From contig JAUZTB010000127.1 in NCBI GenBank assembly GCA_034780895.1, positions 32,276,956 to 32,340,955 of the forward strand: a DNA stretch of 64,000 nt, in the 5' to 3' direction. This stretch comes from Rhynchobatus australiae. Taxonomy: Eukaryota. A program made the translations under genes and the position numbers. Below are positions 53,501-64,000 of this stretch, one piece after another. The notes under the pieces were generated by a model that saw only the letters and a list, made by a program, of their open reading frames with translations, did not search any database and was not told the DNA's origin. How positions within the stretch are numbered: position 1 is the stretch's first letter; each line of letters begins with the position of its first letter.

Positions 53501-54384
53501 AAAGAACATACTGTGTTCCTCATATCTACTACTCTGTAATTTAAAGAAAGAATATTGCAAAATAATTTTACTCAAATGGCCCTCAAGGTCTTTGATCTCT
53601 TGAAAAGGACAGCAATGCTAAAGGCCTAAATATGTTAAATCTGCTGTTATAGTCATACAGCACAGAAACAGGCCCTTCAGCCCATCATGTTCATGCCAGC
53701 CAGAGTACCTACCTAGTACCAAGTACGTGCTGTGTTTGTCAAAATATCTGGAAAAAAAATTGTCAAACTGAAATGTCAGATCCCATAAAATTAATTGGGC
53801 AGGAACATCTGCACAAAGGAATAACAATGCAGAGGTCAATGCCACCAGTTCTTTTGCCACATTCTCTATTAGATTTTCAAAATGGTCATAATAGATACTA
53901 GATACAGCTTAAAGAAAATTTAAAAAGATGAAACATCTTCAAGCAACAGAAGGGACTCTCAGTTCAATTACAGGAAAGACTTGTGTAGATTGTAGAAGAT
54001 AATGAAAACTGGAAATGACCAAAATCTGGAGTGGGGAAACCACTGCAAGTATCAACATGTTGCTGGAAGATACTGTCCAAACTTGTGACAGTGTCTTTAC
54101 CCAAGAGAAACAAAAATGTTTTCTATGAACTTTAAGTCACTTTCTCCAATCACATAATGTTGCATTTCTCAGCATTACAGAACTACAAACTGTCTTTGCC
54201 TGACATAAGGCATAATGTCAATCCCGTAAATACAACTAGACATTTCCCAGAATCATTTACTCTTGTAAGTCAGATATGATTTCAGAGCAGGATATGCATG
54301 GGTCCCAGAATGGTGCAACAACCCACGTAGTGATTCGTTTGGTCCAATTTCCTTTTCAATACTCCACGTTGTCAGTAACCTATG

Positions 54385-54770
54385 TTATTTATTTATTCAC
54401 AGGATGAGCAAGTTACTGGCAAAGTTGCCAATTATTACCCACTGCTGAACTGAGTATGCTATTGAGTCAACCACTTTGGTGGGCTCAAAATATCAAAGAC
54501 TAGACAATGCAAGTATGGCAGATGTCTTCCCTGGATGATGTCAGAATGGCAGATTTCCTCCTTGGAGAGCCATTAGCGAAGGAGATGGCCTTTCACAATA
54601 AGCCCATATTTCCACAGTTCCCATTATTAAGACTGGGTTTAATTCCAGGTTTAAATTAATTACTTGAACTTAAATCTCACAACTGCAATGTTAAGATTTG
54701 AAATGGTGTCTCTGGATCAAAAGCTCCTTAAATTTGGTTGTTGATCCATTACACCACCATACCTCAAATG
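54385..54770 (-). mobile_element. tRNA-derived SINE sharing its tail with the 15490-15905 LINE family
   Basis: Tail tttattcacaggatg, body atggcagatttcctcc...cattagcgaa, head gatttgaaa...tctctggat...ttacaccacc. Confidence 0.65.
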
Positions 54771-56899
54771 GCAGTGGTGCCCAACTTGATTTCTAGAATG
54801 ACCAGAATTGCCAATATCACATCTTACATCAGAAAAAAGGCAATTTTCAGTTGTATAATGCAGAGGATAAAAAAATTAGCATTATGCAGTTCTGCAGAAA
54901 TCACTGGACAATTAGGCTTTAGTAAAAATGCTGGATTGGGATCATGGCAAAGAAAGTCTCTTTCTTAACCTTGACTCTTCACCCACCAATGTTATTCTTG
55001 ACCCTATAACCCACAAGTGTCTCAGCCCTCAACTCAGAAGCCAGGACTCTCCTTCATCAACCACCTCTCCACCACCTTCCAGCCAACACACAGAGAGCCC
55101 AAAGCTCATCTCCATCCCACTCACTTGATCATCATCCCCAGCCATCCTTAAAAAAATCCCTTTCCCCATTATCAACATCACAGACCTGCCCCTGGTCCTG
55201 ATTTTTGCAGTGCAGCTCCTCCCTTCCCCCCATAAGAACCCTCATACCTGCCCACATCACATTGCCTCTGGGTGGCTCATTTTCCAGCCAATACTTGCAG
55301 TGACGGTATCCACTGCCAAAACAGCTCTTTGCATGCCACTGCAACATCAATCTTGTGCCCTTTATTTGGAATTCAATGGAATTTCAGGGCCAATAAGTTT
55401 TATTAGTAAAATAAAATATCAACTTATATTAAGTGCTAGTTTAAAGAAAGATAAATACCTTTAAATTAGGTCAGAATATGAACCTTCTGAAATCCTGTCA
55501 CTGAGCTCAAAGAAAACATTGACAGCATTTAGTCCAAAAATCTTGAAATCAAGTGCAATAAAATAAGTAATTTAAAATTCCCATAATGTAAAAACAAGAT
55601 TCTCTCAAAAGACCTGTGTATGTGGGGGAAACAAACTCAACATGGCTGCACTGGAAACCTTAGATGGTGAAAACAAGGGAGATGATCTATTTATTTTGGT
55701 AGACCTCTTCAGTACTATTGGCTCAGTTGTAGTGGATGATTGTTGAAACCAGAACACTTCTGTCTCAAACAAAAAATTATACACGGGGATATACATAAAT
55801 GATACTGGTTTAAGATACCATATGTAGCAATAATAAACTCTCTAGACTCCATTTATTTTTTGTAAAAAGGCTATGAGAAAAATGCAGTTTTTCCTGTTTT
55901 CTAATAATTTTGCAGTATATACATTAAACCAAATTCAAACTAACATTCCAACCATTGTGTGTGACTGGATGACTGAACAACAGATTAGCTTAAATGCTTC
56001 AAACATTATTTCAAATTTCCAAAAATAAATTTAAAATTACCAAATCGGTGACACAAGTGAGCTGCACACACATACTCAATGCTGTAGAGCTATCTTGGAA
56101 AATCATGAGCCTTTCTGGTTTGCCAATAATGCTCAACTTCACATTATGCCAACGTGGCTATAGTGGTCCAAAGAGCCTGTTTCTGTGCTGTACAATTCTA
56201 TAACGATTCTGTCTGTCCTCTAGTTATATACTTAATCAATTTATTCAGGAAAGATGAAAGAAATCCATCAAAATCCATGCATAATTCTTAAAACAGGTTA
56301 TAATCAAATTACTGAATCTTCAAATATATAGTTTCAATTCATATTTTATTGTGCTTCAATTTTTTTTTAAAACTGATGGCATACTTACCATCTGCTAAGG
56401 TTAAATATAAGATCAGTACAGGAGGAGTACCATTAGTACATACAATATTTATTTAGCAACACAAAGATAAGTTAATTATTCATCAGGTACTCCACAAATA
56501 TTGTGGAACAGTATCATTAAAAAAAATACATATCTGGCTCAATTTATTTTTTTGACTGTTCTCTTTCTCGCACATCTGANNNNNNNNNNNNNNNNNNNNN
56601 NNNNNNNNNNNNNNNNNNNNNNNNNNNNNNNNNNNNNNNNNNNNNNNNNNNNNNNNNNNNNNNNNNNNNNNNNNNNNNNNNNNNNNNNNNNNNNNNNNNN
56701 NNNNNNNNNNNNNNNNNNNNNNNNNNNNNNNNNNNNNNNNNNNNNNNNNNNNNNNNNNNNNNNNNNNNNNNNNNNNNNNNNNNNNNNNNNNNNNNNNNNN
56801 NNNNNNNNNNNNNNNNNNNNNNNNNNNNNNNNNNNNNNNNNNNNNNNNNNNNNNNNNNNNNNNNNNNNNNNNNNNNNNNNNNNCAGAATAGGACAGTAA

Positions 56900-57788
56900 T
56901 GAAAGAGGAAGTGATAGATAGATAGATAAAACAATTCTAGAAATAATTGGTACTCCCTGTCTGTGCATAACGTAGTACAAAAAAAATTATATAGTCCAAG
57001 TTTGACAAAAAGGACAAACCTGTACTCATTGCAACTGTTGCTAAAGTGAATTTAAATTCTATCACACGGTTGTTAAGAGTAGCAAAACACATTTTTTTGT
57101 TTTTTTTAAACTTTGTTTTTCCCCCCCCCAATGTTTACATTTTAATGTACAGTATCATGCAATGGCACTTTTTTTTATAAAACATTAAAACCTTACTGTA
57201 GTAGTCTGTCTGCAGTCAGTACACTATGACTGCTATCCTAGTTTCCCCTTCCCTCAGAAAACCTCATTCACAAACCAAATACAAAGATAAACAATGATTC
57301 GAAAACCTAATTTGCAATCCCTGTATTAAAGTTTATTATTTGTTTTAATTGTCCATTGTTGCAATTCCATGTACTCCCACCCTGTAATTCATTAGACAAC
57401 TGCCACAATTTTACTGCAAAAAAGTAACGGAGTATTCTTTAAAAACCATTAGTGATCTTCATGGTTGTCTCTGATATAGCAGCTAATCACTGATAGGTTC
57501 CTTTTGAAGGGTCAACGATCATAAACAAGTTACTTAAGGTTAACAATTCCATTTTTGAAGTTAGGCTGATGGCCTTGCAAGTCTTTTAATTGTGTCACAC
57601 ACATGCAAACTCCAGAAACAAGGCTTTGTTTGAAAATTGCTGGACCCATAATTCTTCTGCTATGAAGTTGAATCTTCCCTATTGTATTCCTTCAGTTCAG
57701 ATTAGCTGCAGCACAATACAACAGAAACTATTTCATATTGACCCATGCAAGACTTTTCCTGCTTCACCTACAAAGCCATAACCAGGCC
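56900..57788 (-). other. UBALD1: Probable UBALD1 3' UTR (distal end uncertain)
   Basis: Repeat-free AU-rich sequence directly after the stop codon. Minus-strand AATAAA at 57332-57337 and ATTAAA at 57141-57146; another AATAAA lies beyond the gap at 56543-56548. Confidence 0.6.
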
Positions 57789-58079
57789 TCATCTCTCAGC
57801 CTCCATGGCAACATTAACCTTCTGTTCTGAGGTGGTTTGTTGGGACACTGCTGCTGGCCAGCCAGTATGTGGAGTTGGTGATGCTGGAGTCCACATGCCC
57901 TGCTGGTTTGGAGGAGACATGGGCCAGCCTGAGTTGAAGTTTACAGGAGGAGGAGATGTTGCCATTGAGGCAATTGGGCTGCTACTGTTGAAGCTTTCTG
58001 AAGCTTTCAGCCTTGAAAACATTGTAAGTGCATCTGGAAAATTAGGAGGTGTTGCAGGTGTATTAGCTGGAGTGCACAT
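57789..58079 (-). CDS. UBALD1: UBA-like domain-containing protein 1 (FAM100A), terminal coding exon, 96 aa plus stop
   Basis: Translation MCTPANTPATPPNFPDALTMFSRLKASESF...AMEAER* matches the recalled vertebrate UBALD1 C-terminal exon. UBALD2 instead has TPSNTP, ALAMFSKLRASE and ends MDGQR. A phase-0 acceptor ttttcacag|ATG lies at 58080-58081 and the TGA at 57789-57791. The first 37 aa of the ORF-track call are intronic. Confidence 0.95.
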   Translation of the reverse strand: MCTPANTPATPPNFPDALTMFSRLKASESFNSSSPIASMATSPPPVNFNSGWPMSPPNQQGMWTPASPTPHTGWPAAVSQQTTSEQKVNVAMEAER

Positions 58080-58369
58080 CTGTGAAAACATAAAACAAAG
58101 AGTCAACATACATCTCAATGAATTCAAATTCATCAGTATTGAGTCCCAACAATCTACCCAGACAAGGCTAAAATAAATCACACTAAACACATGAAATGAT
58201 TGGTCAATGTATGCCCAAGTTCAGTTGAGAAAAGTTTAACCAAGAACACAGTTAGAAAGCAGCAGGATGCTATTTGGCTCCTTTTGCCTGTTCTGCTACT
58301 CAGTAAGATTGTGGCTGATCTTGAACCTTAGCAATACTTTTCTGCATTCATCGCATGTCCCTGGGATTT

Positions 58370-58920
58370 CCTTAATGCTTCAGTTACATAGGACCTTCAC
58401 AAGACCACATCTGGAGAACAGTGTGAAGAATATTGGGCTAGGAAGGATGTTTTGCGTTGGAAGCAGTTCAGAGAAGGCCTAGATTAGTAGCTGAAATGAA
58501 TGGGTTTTTACTGAGGAAAAGGAAAAGGTTGGACAGGCAAGGCTGGAGTTTAGAAAAGAAAGGCAAATTACTTGAATTATACAAAATTCTAAAGGATCTT
58601 GACAAGATGGATCTGCTGAAAATGCTTGTGGGAGAATATAGAACTGGGGGAGGGGGGGTTGGTGTTGTTACTGTTTATAAGTAAGAGGTCACCCACTTAA
58701 GGCAGATGAGGAGAATTTTTATTCATCTCTCAGAGAGCCACGAGTCTTTGGAACTCTTCTTCAAAAAAGGTTAAAGTCTGAATACTTTCAAAAGGCAGAG
58801 GTACATGGATACTTGGATTAACAAGAGGGTGAAAGGTCACTGGAGGCAAATGGGAACATGGAGTTGAGGTTACAAACAAATCAGATGTGTGGCCTACTCC
58901 TGAACTCATTGGTTCATATA
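58370..58920 (+). mobile_element. CR1 3' portion in the UBALD1 intron
   Basis: MLQLHRTFTRPHLENSV, LEAVQRR...LLELYKILKDLDKMD, tggaactcttc. Confidence 0.85.
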
Positions 58921-58924
58921 TCTA

Positions 58925-60660
58925 AAACTCACTGAACTGTGTCTTGAACATCCTCAGTGACCAAGCCTCCACAACCATCTTTAATAGAGCATTTAAAGAT
59001 TCACTCCCTCTGTGAAGGGTTTTTTTCCATCTCAGTGCAGACTTCTTATTTTGAGATAACAACCAGTCAGGGGAATCCATCCTTACATTTACCCAATCAA
59101 GCCTCAAAAGAATTTTGTGTTCTCCATTGAGATAATCTCCTCAGAGAACAATACCAATAACAGCCTCTCTTCCCCCCTCAAGTATATCATGCCTTACGCA
59201 AGGACACCGAATGGGTACATAATATTCCAGCTGTCGTCTCACAAGAGTCTTATAAATTTAAAGGAAAGATTTCTTTACTCTTGAACTCAAATTCTCTCAT
59301 AATAATCTCTCTGCATCCTCCTCATTGCTCACACTGCCATCAAGCTTTGTGCCATCAACCAACAGGGATATATTATACTTGGTTCCTTTTGTTCAATTGT
59401 TAATATAGATGGTGAACAACAGGGGGGACCCAGAACCAATCTTTGTGGCACCCCACTACTCCAGCTTCCCAACATGAAAATGACCCATTTATTCCTTCTG
59501 TTTCATGCCTCTTTTAACCAGACGTCAATCAATACCAGTATATTACTCACAAACTCATCTGCGCTAATTCTGTTTAACAACCTCATTCATTCCATCTATT
59601 CTGCATGTTACGACCTCAAAAGTCTAAAAGATTTGTTAATGATATCTCCTTCATAAACTCTGCTTATTCTTATTACTATTTTCTGAGCACCCCATTAGCA
59701 CTTCCTTAATAATAGGTTCAAATACATTCCCTGCTTCTGATATGAGGCTAACTGGTCTGTCGTTCCCCATTTTCTCTCTTCCAATCTTAGGGAACCACTC
59801 TACCTCTTAAGAAAATATGAAAGATGACAGCAAATACCATCCATCACTTCTACTCTTAAAATTCCTGGGATACAGGTCATCAATCCTTGAGATTGCACTT
59901 TCAGTCCCATTAATTTGTCAAATAGTTTTTACTTAACCAATGTTAATTTCTTCCGGTTCTTCAGTCATTTTAGAGCTGTTGCTATTGTTTCCAGGAGGTC
60001 TTTTATGACTTCCTCCACAATGATAAACAATTTTTTTTGTTCAATTTCCCAACCATCCCCTTATCCCTAATACAATTTGTCCTGTCTCAATTTGTAAGAA
60101 ACTCTTCAGTCCCTCCTTTCCTTTTTCACCACCAATATACCAATGGAGTTTGTTTTTATGTTTCTCACTAGCTTTTCATATTCCACTTTTCCTTTCTTGG
60201 CCCTCTTTTACTGAATTCTTAAAATTTTCCAAATCCTCAAGGTTCCTGTTATTTTTGCCAATACTATACGGCCCTTCCCTTTTATGTAATTATACTGTTA
60301 ACTTTTTGTTGGCCATGCTTCGGGCACACACTGGAGTTTGTACATTGAAGTAATGTATTTGTTGAAAAGTGTATATTCATTCTTTAAATGTTAGCCAGTA
60401 AGTAGCATCATACCCCAAAATGCAGTTTCTTAATCTACCATAACCAACATCCCTCCTACCTTATTGGCTTACTTAACATTATGGTTCCAAATTCAAGAAA
60501 GTCACTTTCAAATCTTAGAGAGTTCTAACATATTATGATACTTTGTCAATAAAGGCCTCTCAACTACAAGATTATTAACTAACCATTTCCCATTGCCCTA
60601 TACTAAACCGAAAAAAACTCCCCCCTCCCCCACACACACGTTGGTCCCTCAACATAACTA
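58925..60660 (-). mobile_element. Long decayed CR1 in the UBALD1 intron
   Basis: Reverse-strand motifs SGVPQRLVLG (59429-59460), RPVSLISEAG (59730-59760) and an endonuclease-proximal segment near 60540-60650. Confidence 0.75.
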
Positions 60661-62099
60661 GAAAAATCTCATTTCACAATAACAGGACAGTTTTATTTCA
60701 AGAATTTCTATTAAAAGTAGGGAAGGGAAAATCATAAATTTTTGCTTTAACATCTATCAAACACAACTTGGGAAAGGTACCCCGGATGTACACTATGCCA
60801 CAAAGTGGATGGTCTTTAATTTCTATGGTTTAAACAGGAACAAATTGGAAAGGCCTACAAAAAAAAATCCCAATTTAAATAGAGATTAGTGCAACAACAA
60901 CTGAGTATTTTTGCTTAAATCTGAGGGAGAACTTGAGAGACCACTTTTGTAATGTGCATGGTACATTTAGTTTGGCAGGGAGGGGAGAGAATGAAATTGG
61001 AATATCCTCTTCACTGTATTATACATATTCTAATATATATCCAAGAGACATGACACAAACTTTGTCTGTGTTTCATGGCTTAATCAGAATCAAATATGAG
61101 AAATATCCCAAATTTGCAGAGGAGTCCCAACTCTGAGGAGTTATTCATAAACATNNNNNNNNNNNNNNNNNNNNNNNNNNNNNNNNNNNNNNNNNNNNNN
61201 NNNNNNNNNNNNNNNNNNNNNNNNNNNNNNNNNNNNNNNNNNNNNNNNNNNNNNTAAACATATCCCAATGAGATGCCCCCACTTTAAAAGGTGAAGTGGA
61301 AGAGACATTGGAACTTTATTCATTTCCAATTACACAAAAGCCAAGGCAGAATGTTTTGTATGCATCTTCATTTTGAGGGATCGCAAATAATTCAGTTCAG
61401 CTTCCTCCCAAAGTTTCCACCACCATAGAAACCAGTCTCAAATCAACTATATTCATTCCAAAAGGAGAAAAAATAAGAGCACTGAATACAGCAAAGGCTG
61501 TATGCTAGCTGTAGAGTGGGTATTTCTTTCTCCAGAACACGTGGAATCTCCAGTCACTCACACTTTTCCATTTCAGCTAATGCTCACAGCCACCCAATGT
61601 AGGTTTGAAGATCATCTAGGTGTGTCCTATCACAAATAAAGCAGGATAAATCCAAACCAAATTTACCAATCCACAAGGCTCCTTTCAGTCATCAGCAAAC
61701 AATGGATGGTGTTTTGGACAGTGCTATGAATTAACACTTGTTCATTGATGGTGGCTGGGTGGGAGTGGGGAGAAAAGAAGTGCTGAGATGGGAATGAAAA
61801 AGGCTGCTCTTGACATCAAGGCAGCACTTGAGCAGGCATGGCATCAGAGTTCTAGCACAAATTGAGTCATTGGGAACCAAGAGGAACATTCTCCAATGAC
61901 AGGAATAAAGTCTAGTATAATTGAATGCAGCTGTGTTTCCCACACTCTTTCCCACCCTCCCCCCCCACCAGAGGCCGCAGTTCCTCAAGGCAGTATTCTA
62001 GACTCAAACCATTCACTTCAAATAAATTCCACTTGCTTGGAATTGTAACACCCAAACAGCTCAACATAACTATGACAAAATAAACTAAATTGGCACTCC

Positions 62100-62260
62100 A
62101 AGGCTGCAAAATACCTGCATATCCTCTACAAATTGCACTGTTACAACTTGAGAAGGCTTCACGGCACCTCCCAAACCTGTGACCTCCTCGCCCAGAAGTA
62201 TAACAAGACCAATACTTTTAAGTTCCCTGCCAAGTTTCACATCTTCCCAACTTGGAAATT
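62100..62260 (+). mobile_element. LINE 3' fragment (family of 15490-15905)
   Basis: ctctacaaattgcactgttacaac...aggcttcacggcacctcccaaacc...aagttccctgccaagt. Confidence 0.6.
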
Positions 62261-64000
62261 GCAATCGATCAGATCAAGTCAAATTGCTGAAAAAAATTGG
62301 AGAATCATCTTTAAAACAACAATTGAGGTATCTCCTCAAGAGCAGTTAGTGTTAGATGTGAAATACTGGTCTTGCTCTTTTCGGTCTGCATCACATCAAA
62401 TTTCTAATCATGTTTGTAAGACAAAGGCCGACTGTATCCAAAAGGATAGGTTATAATAGCACAGAGTGACAAGACTTTGACTGCTTTGGTGCACCATATC
62501 AGAATTCAGTTTCACTCAAGACCAGAATTCTCAGTTACAGTGAACTGGGAAGTGCCCACTTGAACATTTGAAAGTCTGCAGCCTGGTAGGTCAATGGATT
62601 TTGGATTTACTCCAATACATAAGTACGGGCATCCAGTGCGTGTGGTGGGTGTGGAGGGCTAGATGGCTGCAGGGTAGGATTGAGTTTTGCATTTCACTTA
62701 CCTTTAAGTGCCCCAGAACAAAGTTGTAATATGACATTGTTCTGATAGCATCCGACGGTGGTTGTTCTCAGGATGAGGCCTAATTCCCTGTGCAAGCAAG
62801 GGGAATGACATCATCCCCTGTATCCCTGACATAGAAAGTACCTCAGGGTTAAAAATGGGCAGATTTCAAGTGACAGGAAAACTCTTCAATTGCATTACAC
62901 TGGAAAAATAAACCAGCATCATGCAATTGATTTACAAGGCAAATAAAAGTAAATTTGCACACACAAAATCTGGACAATGATTAGAAACCCTGGATAGGGT
63001 GCCTCACATTAGAAACCCTGGATAGAAATAACCCAAGGTTAGTAATGCTTACTAATTCAGAACACAATCCAAACCCCCTTAAATGAGAAGGTGCATAGGA
63101 AATTTTCTCTCAAATCAAATGCTCCCTTGTTTTATGTCAATGTGCACTTTTATCAATTACAAAGAAATTACAGTACAGAACTAATGCCAATGTTGATTGG
63201 TGCAATCAGTAATTCTAGTTTCATATTCCTAAACATTGACAAGCAACTTCCATTGTGCATTACATTCCTCTGTATGAACAGTCTCCTGCAGTATGATAGA
63301 TGCTTAAAATCTGAGCCCAGATAAAATGCGAGAATCTTCAAGAAGTGAAAGAGCATTTTCTAAATGCAGGCAGTAGAAAGGGGGGTGGGGGAAGAACTGT
63401 GCTCAACATTGAAATGAATGTAGAATACACGCTAGGCAAATTTCAATGCAAGTGTTATTCTCTTACCCTTGATAATTCTACTCCCCGATGAAACTTTAGC
63501 TATGGAAACTTCTCCATGGTATAAACATTTTTTTTTGCAATAAATGCTTTACCTCAAAGAATTGCACCTGGGTTTTCCGATCATTAAGAGAGATAAAGAT
63601 TGCTTGCAACAGATCACAGGACCACACACATTCAGCTCAAAGATTTGCCAAATATTATCAAAAATGATACTGCTGTATTCTGGGTGGGCAGAAATATTAA
63701 TAAAATGAATCTAGTATGCTTTTTAGCAACCATTCACAATGACAGACAAATTATTATGTGGAAAACACACAGGCAAGTTTTANNNNNNNNNNNNNNNNNN
63801 NNNNNNNNNNNNNNNNNNNNNNNNNNNNNNNNNNNNNNNNNNNNNNNNNNNNNNNNNNNNNNNNNNNNNNNNNNNNNNNNNNGGACTAGGATAATTAATT
63901 CAATTTCCACAAGAGTTACAATTATTACACCTTCAAAAGGCTCAAGGAGATATCCCATAAATGCTCAAGATAAATCTGAATAACAGCTGAACTTAAGTTT

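Noticed and set aside
57745-58176. 143-aa plus-strand ORF
   Set aside because: Antisense shadow of the UBALD1 exon.
58080-58190. N-terminal 37 aa of the ORF-track UBALD1 call
   Set aside because: Intronic read-through upstream of the splice acceptor; it does not resemble the UBALD1 N-terminal UBA-like domain.
1-64000. CRISPR arrays, operons, rRNA or true tRNA genes
   Set aside because: None seen. The DNA is eukaryotic, and the tRNA-like A/B boxes belong to SINE heads.

Overview
Vertebrate, AT-rich, repeat-dense genomic DNA with about 16 assembly gaps (N runs). The repeat families (CR1 and L2 LINEs, V-SINE/HE1-like and Deu-domain SINEs, Rex1/Babar, Penelope-like elements) suggest a cartilaginous fish; this is inference from recalled consensus sequences. 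The only confidently recognised host coding sequence is the last coding exon of UBALD1 (FAM100A) on the minus strand at 57789-58079. Its 3' UTR runs leftward and its upstream exons lie outside the window or in gaps. The remaining ~57 kb appears intergenic and consists of nested, decayed retroelements. Three signals are not shown by the ORF track. (1) Penelope-like terminal repeats carrying degenerate type I hammerhead ribozyme folds, several arranged as fold-back inserts, plus a related 115-bp hairpin insert with a 14-bp target-site duplication. (2) A frameshifted Mag-like Gypsy gag-protease fossil at ~18.7-19.9 kb. (3) A speculative plus-strand spliced small-ORF/lncRNA candidate at 8.3-11.0 kb. 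I found no convincing wholly new biological system. Repeat boundaries are approximate and family names were assigned by eye, without database searches.
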